The notes under the pieces are model-generated. The model was not told the origin of the DNA and did not search any database. It worked only from the letters and a program-made list of their open reading frames with translations. DNA of 62,498 nt, taken from positions 1-62,498 of the IMG/VR virus record IMGVR_UViG_3300036846_000351; one strand, written 5' to 3'. A program made the position numbers and the translations under genes. Origin of the DNA: a virus. Its lineage: Duplodnaviria > Caudoviricetes. This document shows positions 1 through 9,200 of this stretch, one piece after another. Position 1 is the first letter of the stretch. Each line of letters opens with the position of its first letter.

Positions 1-97
1 GTCGGATCGTGTCGCGATTACCGTCGCCGTCTACCACGACGAGCCTAACCACCGCAGCGGGCGCGAACTGTTCTCACTGCGCGGCGTCGACCTGCAT

Positions 98-1678
98 GTG
101 TATAATTACAAACCATTTGTGGATTTGATCTTGGCCTGGATCGATGAACTGCTGGCCGCGTGCCAGCTCCGCAATGAACCGTTGCCGAGCTTTGGCTGGG
201 CAATGAACGACAAGGGCTACACCGGCTTCGCTGTCGGTGGAACGTTCTACGCGGCGGATGGCAGCGAGACGCCAGCGCTAGGTGCGGACCCGGCACTGCT
301 ACGCCGCTACGATCCGAAAGGCTCTCTAGCGCAGTGGCAACAGGCGGCGACGTTTGTTGCGGCAGACGTTCCCGAACTGCATACCGCCATCGCCGCTTCG
401 TTTGGTGCGCCGCTGCTCACCTTTAGCGGCGAAGCTGGCGGCTGCATGGCGTTTGTCGGGCCGAGCGGCGTCGGCAAGACGAGCGCCTTTGTCGCCGGCG
501 CGGCGGTGTGGGGCGACCCCAGGCACACCATGATCAGCCTCGACGACACCTCGAACTATCAGACCTTGGTGCTGGGGCAGACCCGCGCTATGCCGATCTA
601 CTGGGATGAGGCAAAGCTCGCGACCAAGGAACGGCAGGCCGACCTAGCGAATATGCTCCACAAGCTGACACAGGGGCGCGACAAGGGGCGACTGACAGCC
701 GATATCTCGATGCGAGAAGTCGGAGAATGGAACACCATCTTCCCGCTCTCGACCAACAACTCGGTGGTGGAGCTGATCCTCGGACAAGGTGGGCACATAA
801 GCGCGACGCTGGTGCGGGTGCTGGAAATCACGATCGAGCGCCAGGGCATGCAGGCGCTCGCCAGCGCCGCCAGTACGGTCGCCAGCATGCAGCAAAATTA
901 CGGACACGCCGGTCGGGTCTACGCCCACTATATCGCTCAGCACGCGCCTCGGATCGCGGCCATGGTGACGAAGGCAAAGCAGTACGTCATGGACCGTATC
1001 CGCCCCTACGAGAACGAGGAGCGGTTCTACGTCGCCGAGGGAGCGAGTACGTTGGTCGGCGCGAAGCTGGCTCGTGACCTAAAACTGATCGATCTGAATA
1101 TCGATAGGATCGGTAAGGTGATCTGCGACGCGATCTTGTCAGCTCGCGCTGAGCGCCACCGGCACGAGCCTAAGGACCCAGTGGCGATGCTGGCACAGAC
1201 CCTCGACCGATTTTGCAACGATCTTGCAAGCGCTTGGATCATAACCGCCCGGATCGCACGGACTGGTCCCCAGCCGCTAGGGACACAAGAGCGGCGGGAG
1301 CGGCTCCCAATAGGGGTCCCCAGCCGACCAACACCGGCGTACCAGATCGCCGTTGCTGATGGCATCATGCGCGTCGACCGAAACTGCTTCACAGACTGGT
1401 GCCGCAAGAAGGGATTGCCAGCGTCGGCACTGATCAAGCAGATGGTCGAGACGTGGAACGGGTTTGAGGGTCAGGGCACTATCGGCAGTCGCGCCATCTA
1501 CGTGGGCTTAAACGTTCGATACTTTCAGATATCGTTGGATAACCCAGACCTAACACATTTCCTTGATGAGTTCCCCGAGTATGCTACTACCGGTAGTATG
1601 GCGCCGGGTCAGAAGGTCGTGCCGCTGCGGCCTAGTGTATCGGTTAGTGTATCGGCTGCGCCGCCAACGATTAACTAG
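98..1678 (+). CDS. C-terminal part of primase-associated helicase (DUF927/SF3-type); continues the ORF starting at 61611 (about 776 aa joined)
   Basis: Walker A GPSGVGKT, Walker B IYWDE, motif C STNN; in frame with 61611..62498 through the overlap. Confidence 0.85.
   Translation: MYNYKPFVDLILAWIDELLAACQLRNEPLPSFGWAMNDKGYTGFAVGGTFYAADGSETPALGADPALLRRYDPKGSLAQWQQAATFVAADVPELHTAIAASFGAPLLTFSGEAGGCMAFVGPSGVGKTSAFVAGAAVWGDPRHTMISLDDTSNYQTLVLGQTRAMPIYWDEAKLATKERQADLANMLHKLTQGRDKGRLTADISMREVGEWNTIFPLSTNNSVVELILGQGGHISATLVRVLEITIERQGMQALASAASTVASMQQNYGHAGRVYAHYIAQHAPRIAAMVTKAKQYVMDRIRPYENEERFYVAEGASTLVGAKLARDLKLIDLNIDRIGKVICDAILSARAERHRHEPKDPVAMLAQTLDRFCNDLASAWIITARIARTGPQPLGTQERRERLPIGVPSRPTPAYQIAVADGIMRVDRNCFTDWCRKKGLPASALIKQMVETWNGFEGQGTIGSRAIYVGLNVRYFQISLDNPDLTHFLDEFPEYATTGSMAPGQKVVPLRPSVSVSVSAAPPTIN
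109..235 (+). repeat. 127-bp exact repeat of the window end (62372..62498), circular assembly overlap
   Basis: caaaccatttgtgg...ttcgctgtc is identical at both places and the reading frame continues across the junction. Confidence 0.95.
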
Positions 1679-1870
1679 CTGATTTGTTTGAGCTTAACGG
1701 TAATGCGCTTGCATCATAATATGAAGTCCATACTTGTCCATGGGAGACCAATACTCCAATAATTTCAATGGTTCATACACCATAATACGGCCATTATATT
1801 TTCACCATTGACCACCACTGTCCACTACGGTACAGTGTACGGGACTACCCACCGAAAAAGTGGGTGTCAC
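1633..1870. other. Candidate attP region
   Basis: Lower-GC gap upstream of the integrase, with direct repeats TAGTGTATCGG (1633-1643, 1645-1655) and a related CAGTGTACGGG near 1833 that resemble arm-type sites. Confidence 0.45.
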
Positions 1871-1897
1871 ATGAATGGTCAATGGAGCTTACCTTCA

Positions 1898-3091
1898 ATG
1901 AAAATCGTGCGTAACCAACTGACGGCGCGTCAGGTCACGACGCTTGCGCCAGGCTTCTACTGCGACGGCGACGGGCTCTACCTGCGCGTCACCCCGACCT
2001 CACGCAACTGGATGTTCCGCTACACCCCGCCAGGCTCGCGCAAGCAGCGCCACATGGGCCTTGGCCCGACGCGGCATGTCACGCTGGCCGAGGCACGCGA
2101 CCGCGTGTACGAGGCGCGCAAGCTGATCCGCGACGGCAAGGACCCGATCGAGGAACGGCGCAAGGCTGGTGAGCAGACCGCTCAAGCAGCGGCGAAGTTC
2201 TCCAAGATACCCACCTTCGCTGAATGCGCGCGGCTGCACCTGCCTGAGCGGCTGAAAGGCCGGACGCTAGGATATCAAAAACAAATGCACCGCTACATCG
2301 AGGCGACGTTCCCGATCCTAGGCGACATGCACGTCGATGCCCCGAGGGCTGATCACATCAAACAGGTCTTAGAGCCCATATGGCTCGCAGAGCCGAGGAA
2401 GGCGCAGCACACGCGAACCGCACTTGGCTGGGTGTTCAACTACGCCAGGGCGTGCAACTACCGCGTCGACAATCCGGCGGATTTAGTAGGGACAATTCTG
2501 CCTCGACAAAACCACCAGCCTCGACACCACGACGCGGTTCACTACGAAGATATCCCCGCGTTCATGGCGAAGCTGCGGACCTATGACGGCATCGAGTACC
2601 GCGCGGTCGAGTTCACGATCCTGACGGCGACGCGTTCCATCGAAAGCCGAGGCGCGCTGTGGGACGAATTCGAGCTGGACCCTAAGCGTCGCGTCTGGAC
2701 GATCCCGGCCAAGCGCATGAAGATGCGCATCGAGCACCACATCCCGCTCAGTCGCCGCGCGCTGACGATCCTCGACGAGCTGAAGGCTATCCGGCAAAGC
2801 GACTACGTTTTTCCGGCGATGATCGCCAAGCACATCCATGAGCACCAGTTGCTCGAAGCGCTGAAAGAAATCGCTGGTGACCGCAGTAAGACAATCCACG
2901 GCACCGCGCGCTCATCGTTTGCCACCTGGGCCGAGGAAGTCACTGACTTCGACGAGCGCATGGTCATGATGGCAACCGCGCACAAGGTCAAAGGCGACAC
3001 TGAGGCAGCCTACGCGCGAGGGACCAAGCTCGAAAAACGTCGCGCGTTGATGGAAGCCTGGGCTGACTACTGCAATGGTGGTCTCCGATGA
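1898..3091 (+). CDS. int: P4-like tyrosine integrase with N-terminal arm-binding domain
   Basis: DGDGLYLRV...WMFRY arm domain; catalytic R (TATR), HxxR (HGTAR), H (AHK), Y (AAYAR); GGAG RBS before ATG 1898 (ORF open from 1808). Confidence 0.93.
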   Translation: MKIVRNQLTARQVTTLAPGFYCDGDGLYLRVTPTSRNWMFRYTPPGSRKQRHMGLGPTRHVTLAEARDRVYEARKLIRDGKDPIEERRKAGEQTAQAAAKFSKIPTFAECARLHLPERLKGRTLGYQKQMHRYIEATFPILGDMHVDAPRADHIKQVLEPIWLAEPRKAQHTRTALGWVFNYARACNYRVDNPADLVGTILPRQNHQPRHHDAVHYEDIPAFMAKLRTYDGIEYRAVEFTILTATRSIESRGALWDEFELDPKRRVWTIPAKRMKMRIEHHIPLSRRALTILDELKAIRQSDYVFPAMIAKHIHEHQLLEALKEIAGDRSKTIHGTARSSFATWAEEVTDFDERMVMMATAHKVKGDTEAAYARGTKLEKRRALMEAWADYCNGGLR

Positions 3092-3297
3092 TCTTTCGCC
3101 CCTACCGATGGCACGGATCAGATTACGTCTCGTATGAGTTCGACGGCGCTCGGGCCGACCTGTTGCGGGTGATCCTCATTGCCTTTGACGATGGTCTGCC
3201 TCTTGGGTTCAGCATTGAGGATGTCGTGGTGGCGCCCCATGGCAGCGGCGAAATTGTCAGCGCGCCGGGTTATGGCGTAATCGGCTGGATCGATTGA
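3088..3297 (+). CDS. Hypothetical protein
   Basis: ATGA overlap with the integrase stop. Confidence 0.5.
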   Translation: MIFRPYRWHGSDYVSYEFDGARADLLRVILIAFDDGLPLGFSIEDVVVAPHGSGEIVSAPGYGVIGWID

Positions 3298-3373
3298 CTA
3301 CTGTGGGGGATAGGAGTTGACCCTTGAACACGGGTGGCGCTACGGTGCCACCCGTAAATAGGAGGGTCATACT

Positions 3374-3553
3374 ATGGCGTCCTCGTCCCCTATCGTCGCC
3401 TGGACCGTCCGCGACTGGGCGCATCACACGAGCCTCTCTAAGAGCTACGTCTACATCCTGCTCACCAAGGGCGTGATTACCTCCGTCAAGGCCGGCAAGC
3501 GCCGCCTGATCACCACGCCGCCTGACGAGTACATCGGCTCGCTGGCGGCGTGA
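3374..3553 (+). CDS. Excisionase-like winged-HTH protein (59 aa, not in the ORF track)
   Basis: AGGAGG RBS; MASSSPIVAWTVRDWAHHTSLSKSYVYILLTKGVITSVKAGKRRLITT matches the Xis/HTH_17 pattern. Confidence 0.75.
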   Translation: MASSSPIVAWTVRDWAHHTSLSKSYVYILLTKGVITSVKAGKRRLITTPPDEYIGSLAA

Positions 3554-3557
3554 TGCC

Positions 3558-3872
3558 GTGCGGGTTCCGCGACCCGCGCGGGCTGACGTGTCCGCACGGT
3601 CGGTACTGGGCGAGCTGCCCGCGCTGCCGCGTAAAAGAGGTCGACCAGTCCTCTGGACGCCACGCCGCGTCCTCAAGCTGCGCAGATACGCCGATCGCGG
3701 GTTCAGCATGGCCGAGGCAGCCAAGCTGCTTGACACGACCTACGGCGCGGTTATCAACGCCGCGTCTAGGCTAGGCATCAGCTTTCATGGCCCGCCGGGC
3801 GCGCCCAAGATGAACCGCAACCGGAAGCTAGGGCTATGGCGTCAGGAGCTGCGCAAGATCGCGGCTGATTAG
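3558..3872 (+). CDS. GcrA-like HTH protein (start uncertain)
   Basis: WTPRRVLKLRRYADRGFSMAEAAKLLDTTYGAVINAASRLGIS resembles the GcrA N-terminal HTH (WT.E....L..L...G.S...IA..LG..R.AVIGK..RLGL). Confidence 0.65.
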   Translation: MRVPRPARADVSARSVLGELPALPRKRGRPVLWTPRRVLKLRRYADRGFSMAEAAKLLDTTYGAVINAASRLGISFHGPPGAPKMNRNRKLGLWRQELRKIAAD

Positions 3873-3905
3873 AAAATGCCCGGCTAGATCAGCCGGGCAA
3901 GTTTT
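3873..3905. terminator. Probable bidirectional intrinsic terminator
   Basis: TGCCCGGCT-agatc-AGCCGGGCA flanked by A and T runs, between convergent gene blocks. Confidence 0.7.
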
Positions 3906-3992
3906 CTCGTGCTACGCACTCACCCACCAATCCAGGCGCTACGCCTTTCATGAGCTAGGGTTGATACGCAGTGCAGCGAGGATACACCCGCG

Positions 3993-4232
3993 CTACCAGT
4001 TCTGCCAGGGCGCACGGCGCGACCAGTCGATTTTCCAGCCGATGACGCCGCCCAGCCACTCGGCCCAAAAGAACCGCTTGGGCTTGCCGTCCATCGCCGT
4101 CTCGATCTCCGGGGTCATCGGGGTCTCCACCATGCGGCTGCGCCCCTTGGCGTAGACCAGCGCCGGCCAATCGGGGTCGATGCTGGCGACCGGCACCTGC
4201 ACCTTGACGATTTCAGCAGACACGATCATCAT
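3993..4232 (-). CDS. Hypothetical protein
   Basis: Coherent ORF with RBS in a tight minus-strand cluster. Confidence 0.65.
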   Translation of the reverse strand: MMIVSAEIVKVQVPVASIDPDWPALVYAKGRSRMVETPMTPEIETAMDGKPKRFFWAEWLGGVIGWKIDWSRRAPWQNW

Positions 4233-4244
4233 TGCACCACCCCT

Positions 4245-4550
4245 TCAAAGCCGCTGCTTGAGCTGCTCGACCGCACGCTGGTGCCCGGCGAGCGCGTCGG
4301 CGCGGCTGGTGTAGCGCTCGCACTCGATCGGCCCATAGTCGTTGAAGGTCATCGTCTCCCAAAGGATCGGATCGCCTACGGTGAGATACCGATGGTCGAG
4401 ACCAAGAAAGACCGTCGAGACTCGGTGACCGTGCGCCAATACGTCATCCGCGACCTGGCGGTCGGCGGTCTCGAACCACACCGCCCATTTGAACAGGTCG
4501 GGTTCGAGGACCGGGTTGCCATCGGCGTCGAGAATGTACCTGCCGATCAC
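4245..4550 (-). CDS. Hypothetical phage protein
   Basis: VSTVFLGLDH...PILWETM motif typical of small phage proteins. Confidence 0.7.
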   Translation of the reverse strand: MIGRYILDADGNPVLEPDLFKWAVWFETADRQVADDVLAHGHRVSTVFLGLDHRYLTVGDPILWETMTFNDYGPIECERYTSRADALAGHQRAVEQLKQRL

Positions 4551-4565
4551 TGCGCTAAAAGCTCC

Positions 4566-4817
4566 CTATGGTAGGTGTCGCCAGAGATTGAACGCGCTCG
4601 CTATCCACAGCCCACCGCACACCGCCCACAACACGGCGAGGTGCCGCACTAGCTTCAACAGCCTTATGAGCTGATCGGCGAGCTGCTCTTGCGACTGCGA
4701 CAGCGACACAATCAGCGCAAACATGTCGAGCTTCTCGCTGAGCCCCGGCACATAGCCGGACAGCACACTCTCCTTGCCCCAAGGATGTTTAGGTCGCGAG
4801 CGTAGCGGGTTCCGCAT
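4566..4817 (-). CDS. Small membrane protein
   Basis: C-terminal hydrophobic helix; tight packing. Confidence 0.5.
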   Translation of the reverse strand: MRNPLRSRPKHPWGKESVLSGYVPGLSEKLDMFALIVSLSQSQEQLADQLIRLLKLVRHLAVLWAVCGGLWIASAFNLWRHLP

Positions 4818-4820
4818 AGT

Positions 4821-5192
4821 TCAAGTCCCCACAAGCTGAACAAGGGCAATCATCGAGATGATCGCCTTCTCACGCGCGCAAGGGTTACTGATCGCGCTAA
4901 GGCGACGCATCAGCTCCAACGCTTTCGGGTCCTCCATCCAGGGTTCGAGCGACTTGTTATCTTCAACACCCTCAAAAAACCAACAGACCGGAACGTCGAG
5001 CGCATCCGCGATCATCTGTAATCGCGACGCGCTGATCCGATTGGTTCCTGTCTCGTACTTTTGTACTTGCTGAAACGTCAGCCCGACCTTGGTCGCTAAG
5101 TCGGTCTGTGAAAAGCCAAGTAAGTTGCGCCGAAATTTGACTCGACTGCCCACGTATAAGTCGACCCTTTCCGGGCCGTTCACTCGTGTCAT
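4821..5192 (-). CDS. XRE-family HTH regulator (repressor candidate)
   Basis: VDLYVGSRVKFRR...SQTDLATKVGLTFQQVQKYETGTNRISASRL, the alphaproteobacterial XRE pattern; GGAGG RBS. Confidence 0.9.
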   Translation of the reverse strand: MTRVNGPERVDLYVGSRVKFRRNLLGFSQTDLATKVGLTFQQVQKYETGTNRISASRLQMIADALDVPVCWFFEGVEDNKSLEPWMEDPKALELMRRLSAISNPCAREKAIISMIALVQLVGT

Positions 5193-5246
5193 ACTGCGCC
5201 TCCCTGGTATCTTTTTATACGTTACTACTGGTAGTGCAGATTATTG

Positions 5247-5441
5247 TCAAATGCCGTACATAAGTACAATAACGGCGATGGCGCCTCCTAGTTCAAGACA
5301 CAGGCGCAGCCACGTCCACACGCGGTGACGGCGGTGCAGCAGGTAGTGCTTGTGGGGAAAGGCGTTGGCGCAGTGAACCGCGAGCGGAGACACCAACACG
5401 CGAACCTCCACCGGTATGGAGCTATTTAGGCGGGCGCTCAC
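5247..5441 (-). CDS. Hypothetical small membrane protein
   Basis: ORF with a hydrophobic C-terminus. Confidence 0.35.
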   Translation of the reverse strand: MSARLNSSIPVEVRVLVSPLAVHCANAFPHKHYLLHRRHRVWTWLRLCLELGGAIAVIVLMYGI

Positions 5442-5496
5442 GGCGCCCCAACGTCTCCGCGTAGAACACGCTAAGAGCGTCCTTATAATATTGAGG

Positions 5497-5679
5497 TTAT
5501 ATGACAGGTCGAGTCAATCGTGGATGATGTTGGCCGCGCATCAACGCCTGTCGATTGGCCTGGCGCATCGCCTGGGTAAAATTCCGTGGGTCCAGCTCGT
5601 ATTCGAGCAGGCGCCGCTGAATATCCTCGGCGGTTTGACGGACTACGGATTGATCATAATCTGGCGGTAAGGACTTCAT
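5497..5679 (-). CDS. Hypothetical protein
   Basis: GGGGA RBS before ATG (MKSLPPDY...). Confidence 0.5.
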   Translation of the reverse strand: MKSLPPDYDQSVVRQTAEDIQRRLLEYELDPRNFTQAMRQANRQALMRGQHHPRLTRPVI

Positions 5680-5796
5680 CGCTTCCCCATGTTTTTGCAG
5701 TATGACATAGAAGATTTCTGGGTAAAATACCCAATCATGACGGAAAAAGCCCATTCAGTTGTGCTCAGCGTCGAACCCGCGCTGAGATGCAGCCGA

Positions 5797-6054
5797 ATGA
5801 TTACCGGCGCTCAAATACGCGCGGCGCGTGCCCTGCTTGGGTGGACCGCCGCTGACCTAGCAGAACGCTCAGGACTCAGCACTTCATCAATCCAACGCGC
5901 AGAAGCAGCTCAGGGCGTTGCCTCAATCCGCGCAGATAACTTGTTCCGTCTCCAGCGCGCACTCGAAGAAGCTGGTATTATTTTTATATATTCCGGTGAA
6001 TGCCGCCCTGGCGGTGATGGTGTACGCTTTCGTTCCTCCCCAACAAATAATTGA
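5797..6054 (+). CDS. XRE-family HTH regulator
   Basis: MITGAQIRAARALLGWTAADLAERSGLS...LEEAGIIFI...GVR. Confidence 0.88.
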   Translation: MITGAQIRAARALLGWTAADLAERSGLSTSSIQRAEAAQGVASIRADNLFRLQRALEEAGIIFIYSGECRPGGDGVRFRSSPTNN

Positions 6055-6061
6055 CTAACCT

Positions 6062-6229
6062 TCATTTCTTCGCCGCCGGCTGGAGGCCCTTCTTGGTCGG
6101 CTTGTTGCCGTGCATCAACCCGGCCTTGTTGAGCGTGCCGTAGACTTTGGCTTGAGCCGCACGCGACCCGGTGCCGTATTCAGCCTTGAGCTTCGACTCG
6201 ACATCAGCAACTTTTGTTCCACGCGGCAT
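6062..6229 (-). CDS. Small basic protein, last gene of the virion operon
   Basis: GGAGG RBS; Lys-rich, 55 aa. Confidence 0.7.
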   Translation of the reverse strand: MPRGTKVADVESKLKAEYGTGSRAAQAKVYGTLNKAGLMHGNKPTKKGLQPAAKK

Positions 6230-6249
6230 TTCATCCCTCCTGTTCACGG

Positions 6250-9200
6250 TTAATTGAACCGGCCCGCCTCCAGTGCGCCCTTGAGGCGGTTCTTCGGCAC
6301 CTGCACACCGTAGGTGCCGGGCACCGCGATCTTGCCCTGCGCCCGCTGCACCGCGCGCTGCAAGTCCTGCACGGTGATCACATAGCCGCCGTTGAGCTGG
6401 CGGTTGGCGTTGTAGGCACGGACCTTTGACATGTCGCGGTTCTGCACAAAGGCGTCCTCGGCCCGCGAGCGGGCGTAGTTAATCTCGTTGTTCCGTTCCT
6501 GAATGGCAGCGCGGCGGTCGTAGATCGTCGCTGTCTCCATCGGGTTAAAGCCCAGCGTGCGCAACACCGGTGTCGATGGCGACAGCCGGTTCGCCGGCAC
6601 GATAACATTGCCCCGCGCGTCAAGCAGCCCTTGGTGCTCCATCTGGTACGACTTGGCGATGTCACCGGCAATGCGCGGCATCAGCCCCAGCACGCCGCGC
6701 TGGAAGTTGCCTGACAGCATGTCGTGGCTCGCCTGGGTCAGTTGCTCCGCCACCTCGCCCGACGCGCCGGTGAGCGCCGTGGCGAACGCCGTCGCCACCC
6801 CCTGCCGGTCAAACGTCTTGATCTCTGGCAGGTCGATCATGTTCGAGATTTTCAAGCTACGGTGCAGGTCGACACCGGCGAGCCCCAGCGCACCCCGCGA
6901 CAGGAAGGTGCTGGCAGTCGGGCCGAGTGCGTCGGTCATCCACCGCCGCAAGTCAGTCTCGTAATTGTGCGGCCCCGGCTCGCCACGCAGCAGGTCCCAC
7001 GCTCCGGTGAGCGCGTTCACCGGCACGCCGAACATGTTGGCGGTGAGCCCGACAAGCAGCGAGTGCGTCGCGACCAGCCCCGCCAGCGCCTTCAACGCCT
7101 CGGCCCGCTCACCCGGTCGGGTCGCCGCCTGCTTCACCAGCGAGCCCATCACCGAATAGAGGTGCATGCCGTAGATTTTGTACTGGAAGGTCGCCGCGAC
7201 CAGCGGGTTGCGCAGCGGGCCGCGCTCGGTCGCGAGGCGCGGCTTGTTCCAGATGTTGTAGTTGGGCATCGCGCGCTGGGCGTAGCGCATCGCGTCCTGA
7301 ATGGCGCCGTCGACATTGCCGCCGTTCTCTCGCATCGCCAGGTCAAACCCAGCCTTGAGGATCGCCACCCGGTTTGTCGCGTCGACCGCATGCTCGGCGC
7401 TGGCGAACAGGTCCATCATGTTGCCGGCCATGTGCCCCAGCCGGGTCGTGGCGTCACCGCCAAAGTTGAAGGCGCCGGGATGCGCCATACGTTGCAGCTC
7501 ACGCGAGCGTGACACGTCGATCATGCCGTACTGGTTGGCGGCGGCGATCAGCGCCTTGGCGTGCGCCGGGTCCATCTTTGCCGCCGAGACCAGCCGCTTC
7601 TCCAGTACATCGGACAGCACCCAGTTCGATTGCTGGAGCTTACCCTGCACCGCCGCGACCATGTTGCGCATGCCGCTGCGCGCGCCCTCGGGCGCAAGCT
7701 GGGTCATCGCCTTCATCAGCGCCCCGCCAGCGCGGCCATGTCCGTAGCGCGCCCCCAGGAACGCCTGGGCGTTGGACATGGCGTCGAGCTGCTGCACCGC
7801 GAGGTGCGCCGGGCGCACGAGGTGCATGACAAAGCTGAGCCCGGTGAAGCGCTTTGCAATCGTTCCAAAGAAGCGCGAGCTGCTGTCGCCGTCGATCGGC
7901 GTCTGCCGCTGGCGCAGCTCGTCGAGCACCTGGCGGGCGCGCTGCACCTGCGAGCTGGTCGGCGGGTTCTTCAACCACTCGTGTTGCTGGCGACTGTCAG
8001 CGATTTCTTCGGCGCTGACCGCCGGGTCCTTGTTGGCAAAGCGCTGTTCGAGGTCCGCCAGCCGCTGCGCCGACGCAGTGATATCCGCCGGTGTCACCTG
8101 CCCGCGCCGCTGGCCCATCTGCTGGAGCCGACGGTCAGCGTCCGCATAGATACGGCGTTCCTCGGCGCCGTTGAGCAGGTAGCCCATGCGCTCGCGGTGC
8201 GCCGCGAAGTCGCGGACAAGGTTCTGCGCCCCCTCGGTCGACGCGCCCTGAATGCCGCGCCGACGCATTGAGTACCGCGCCGCCTGGCTCTGAGTGGCGT
8301 GGGTCAGCATCATACCCGTGAAAGCGTCGAGTGCGTTGTTGGCCGCGTCACCAGTGATCCCGCGCGCCGCGAGCGCGCGTTCCAGCTCGACCGTTGAGGT
8401 TTCTGGCATGAACTCACGGAACCGGCGACCACCACTACCGGTAGTACTCTTTAATTTTACCGGTGACAGATCGACGCCCTGATTGATCGGCTTGCCAGTG
8501 TCGGGATCGGTGTAGAACTGGTCGCGGAACGCCTCGGCCTGGCTGTTGCGGTCGAACATCCGCACGCCATAGCTGTCGGTGCCAGGCTCGCCAAAGCTGA
8601 CGATATAGTCACCGTGGCGTTGCAACGGCGTAAAGTCACCCTCCATCCAGCCGGCGCGTTGCATCTTCGCGATTTCGCGCGCCATGCCGCGTACACCGGG
8701 GTTCCAGCGATCCGCCATCATCGTCGCCAACGGCGAGGCGTCGGGGTTCTTGATGAGCTGGTCGATCGTCGGTTTGCTGCGCGCCTGACGTGCCAGCCAC
8801 GCACGTTCCTCGGGTGTAATGGTATCGCCCAGCCCCAGATCGATCGCGTGCTCAAACGCCGCCTGGCGCTGCGCCCAACCGGTCTCGGTGTGGTAATCGC
8901 GCAGGTCGAGGTAGAGCTTCTGCTGCTCGGGGGTCAACGCGTTAAACTCAGCCTGCAAACCACGCGCGACATCGAGCTGATCAGCATTGAGGTGCGCGTT
9001 GGCTGCCTCGAAATCGGGTCGGCCTAGGCTCGCCTGTGCCAACGAAGCGCGGTTGCGCAAATCCTCGAACTTGTCGCCGGCCTGCGCGAGCTGCTTCGCC
9101 CATGCCTGGACTCGGTTGCCCCACTCCTTCTCGACCTCGGCAGCGGTCGCCGACATCTTCGCCCGCACACCGACGATCTTCTGTGCTTCGGGCAGCACAT

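Noticed and set aside
1-108. Diversity-generating retroelement template/variable pair
   Set aside because: Differences are not adenine-specific and no reverse transcriptase is present
1700-1800. tRNA fragment as the att core
   Set aside because: No GTTCRA T-loop or cloverleaf; no tRNA recognised anywhere in the window
1822-1837. CCACTACGGTACAGTG as a copy of the ACTAC palindrome
   Set aside because: The right half-site is interrupted, so it was not counted
4400-6200. Complete avoidance of GANTC (CcrM) sites
   Set aside because: Several GACTC/GAGTC sites are present; depletion cannot be judged by eye
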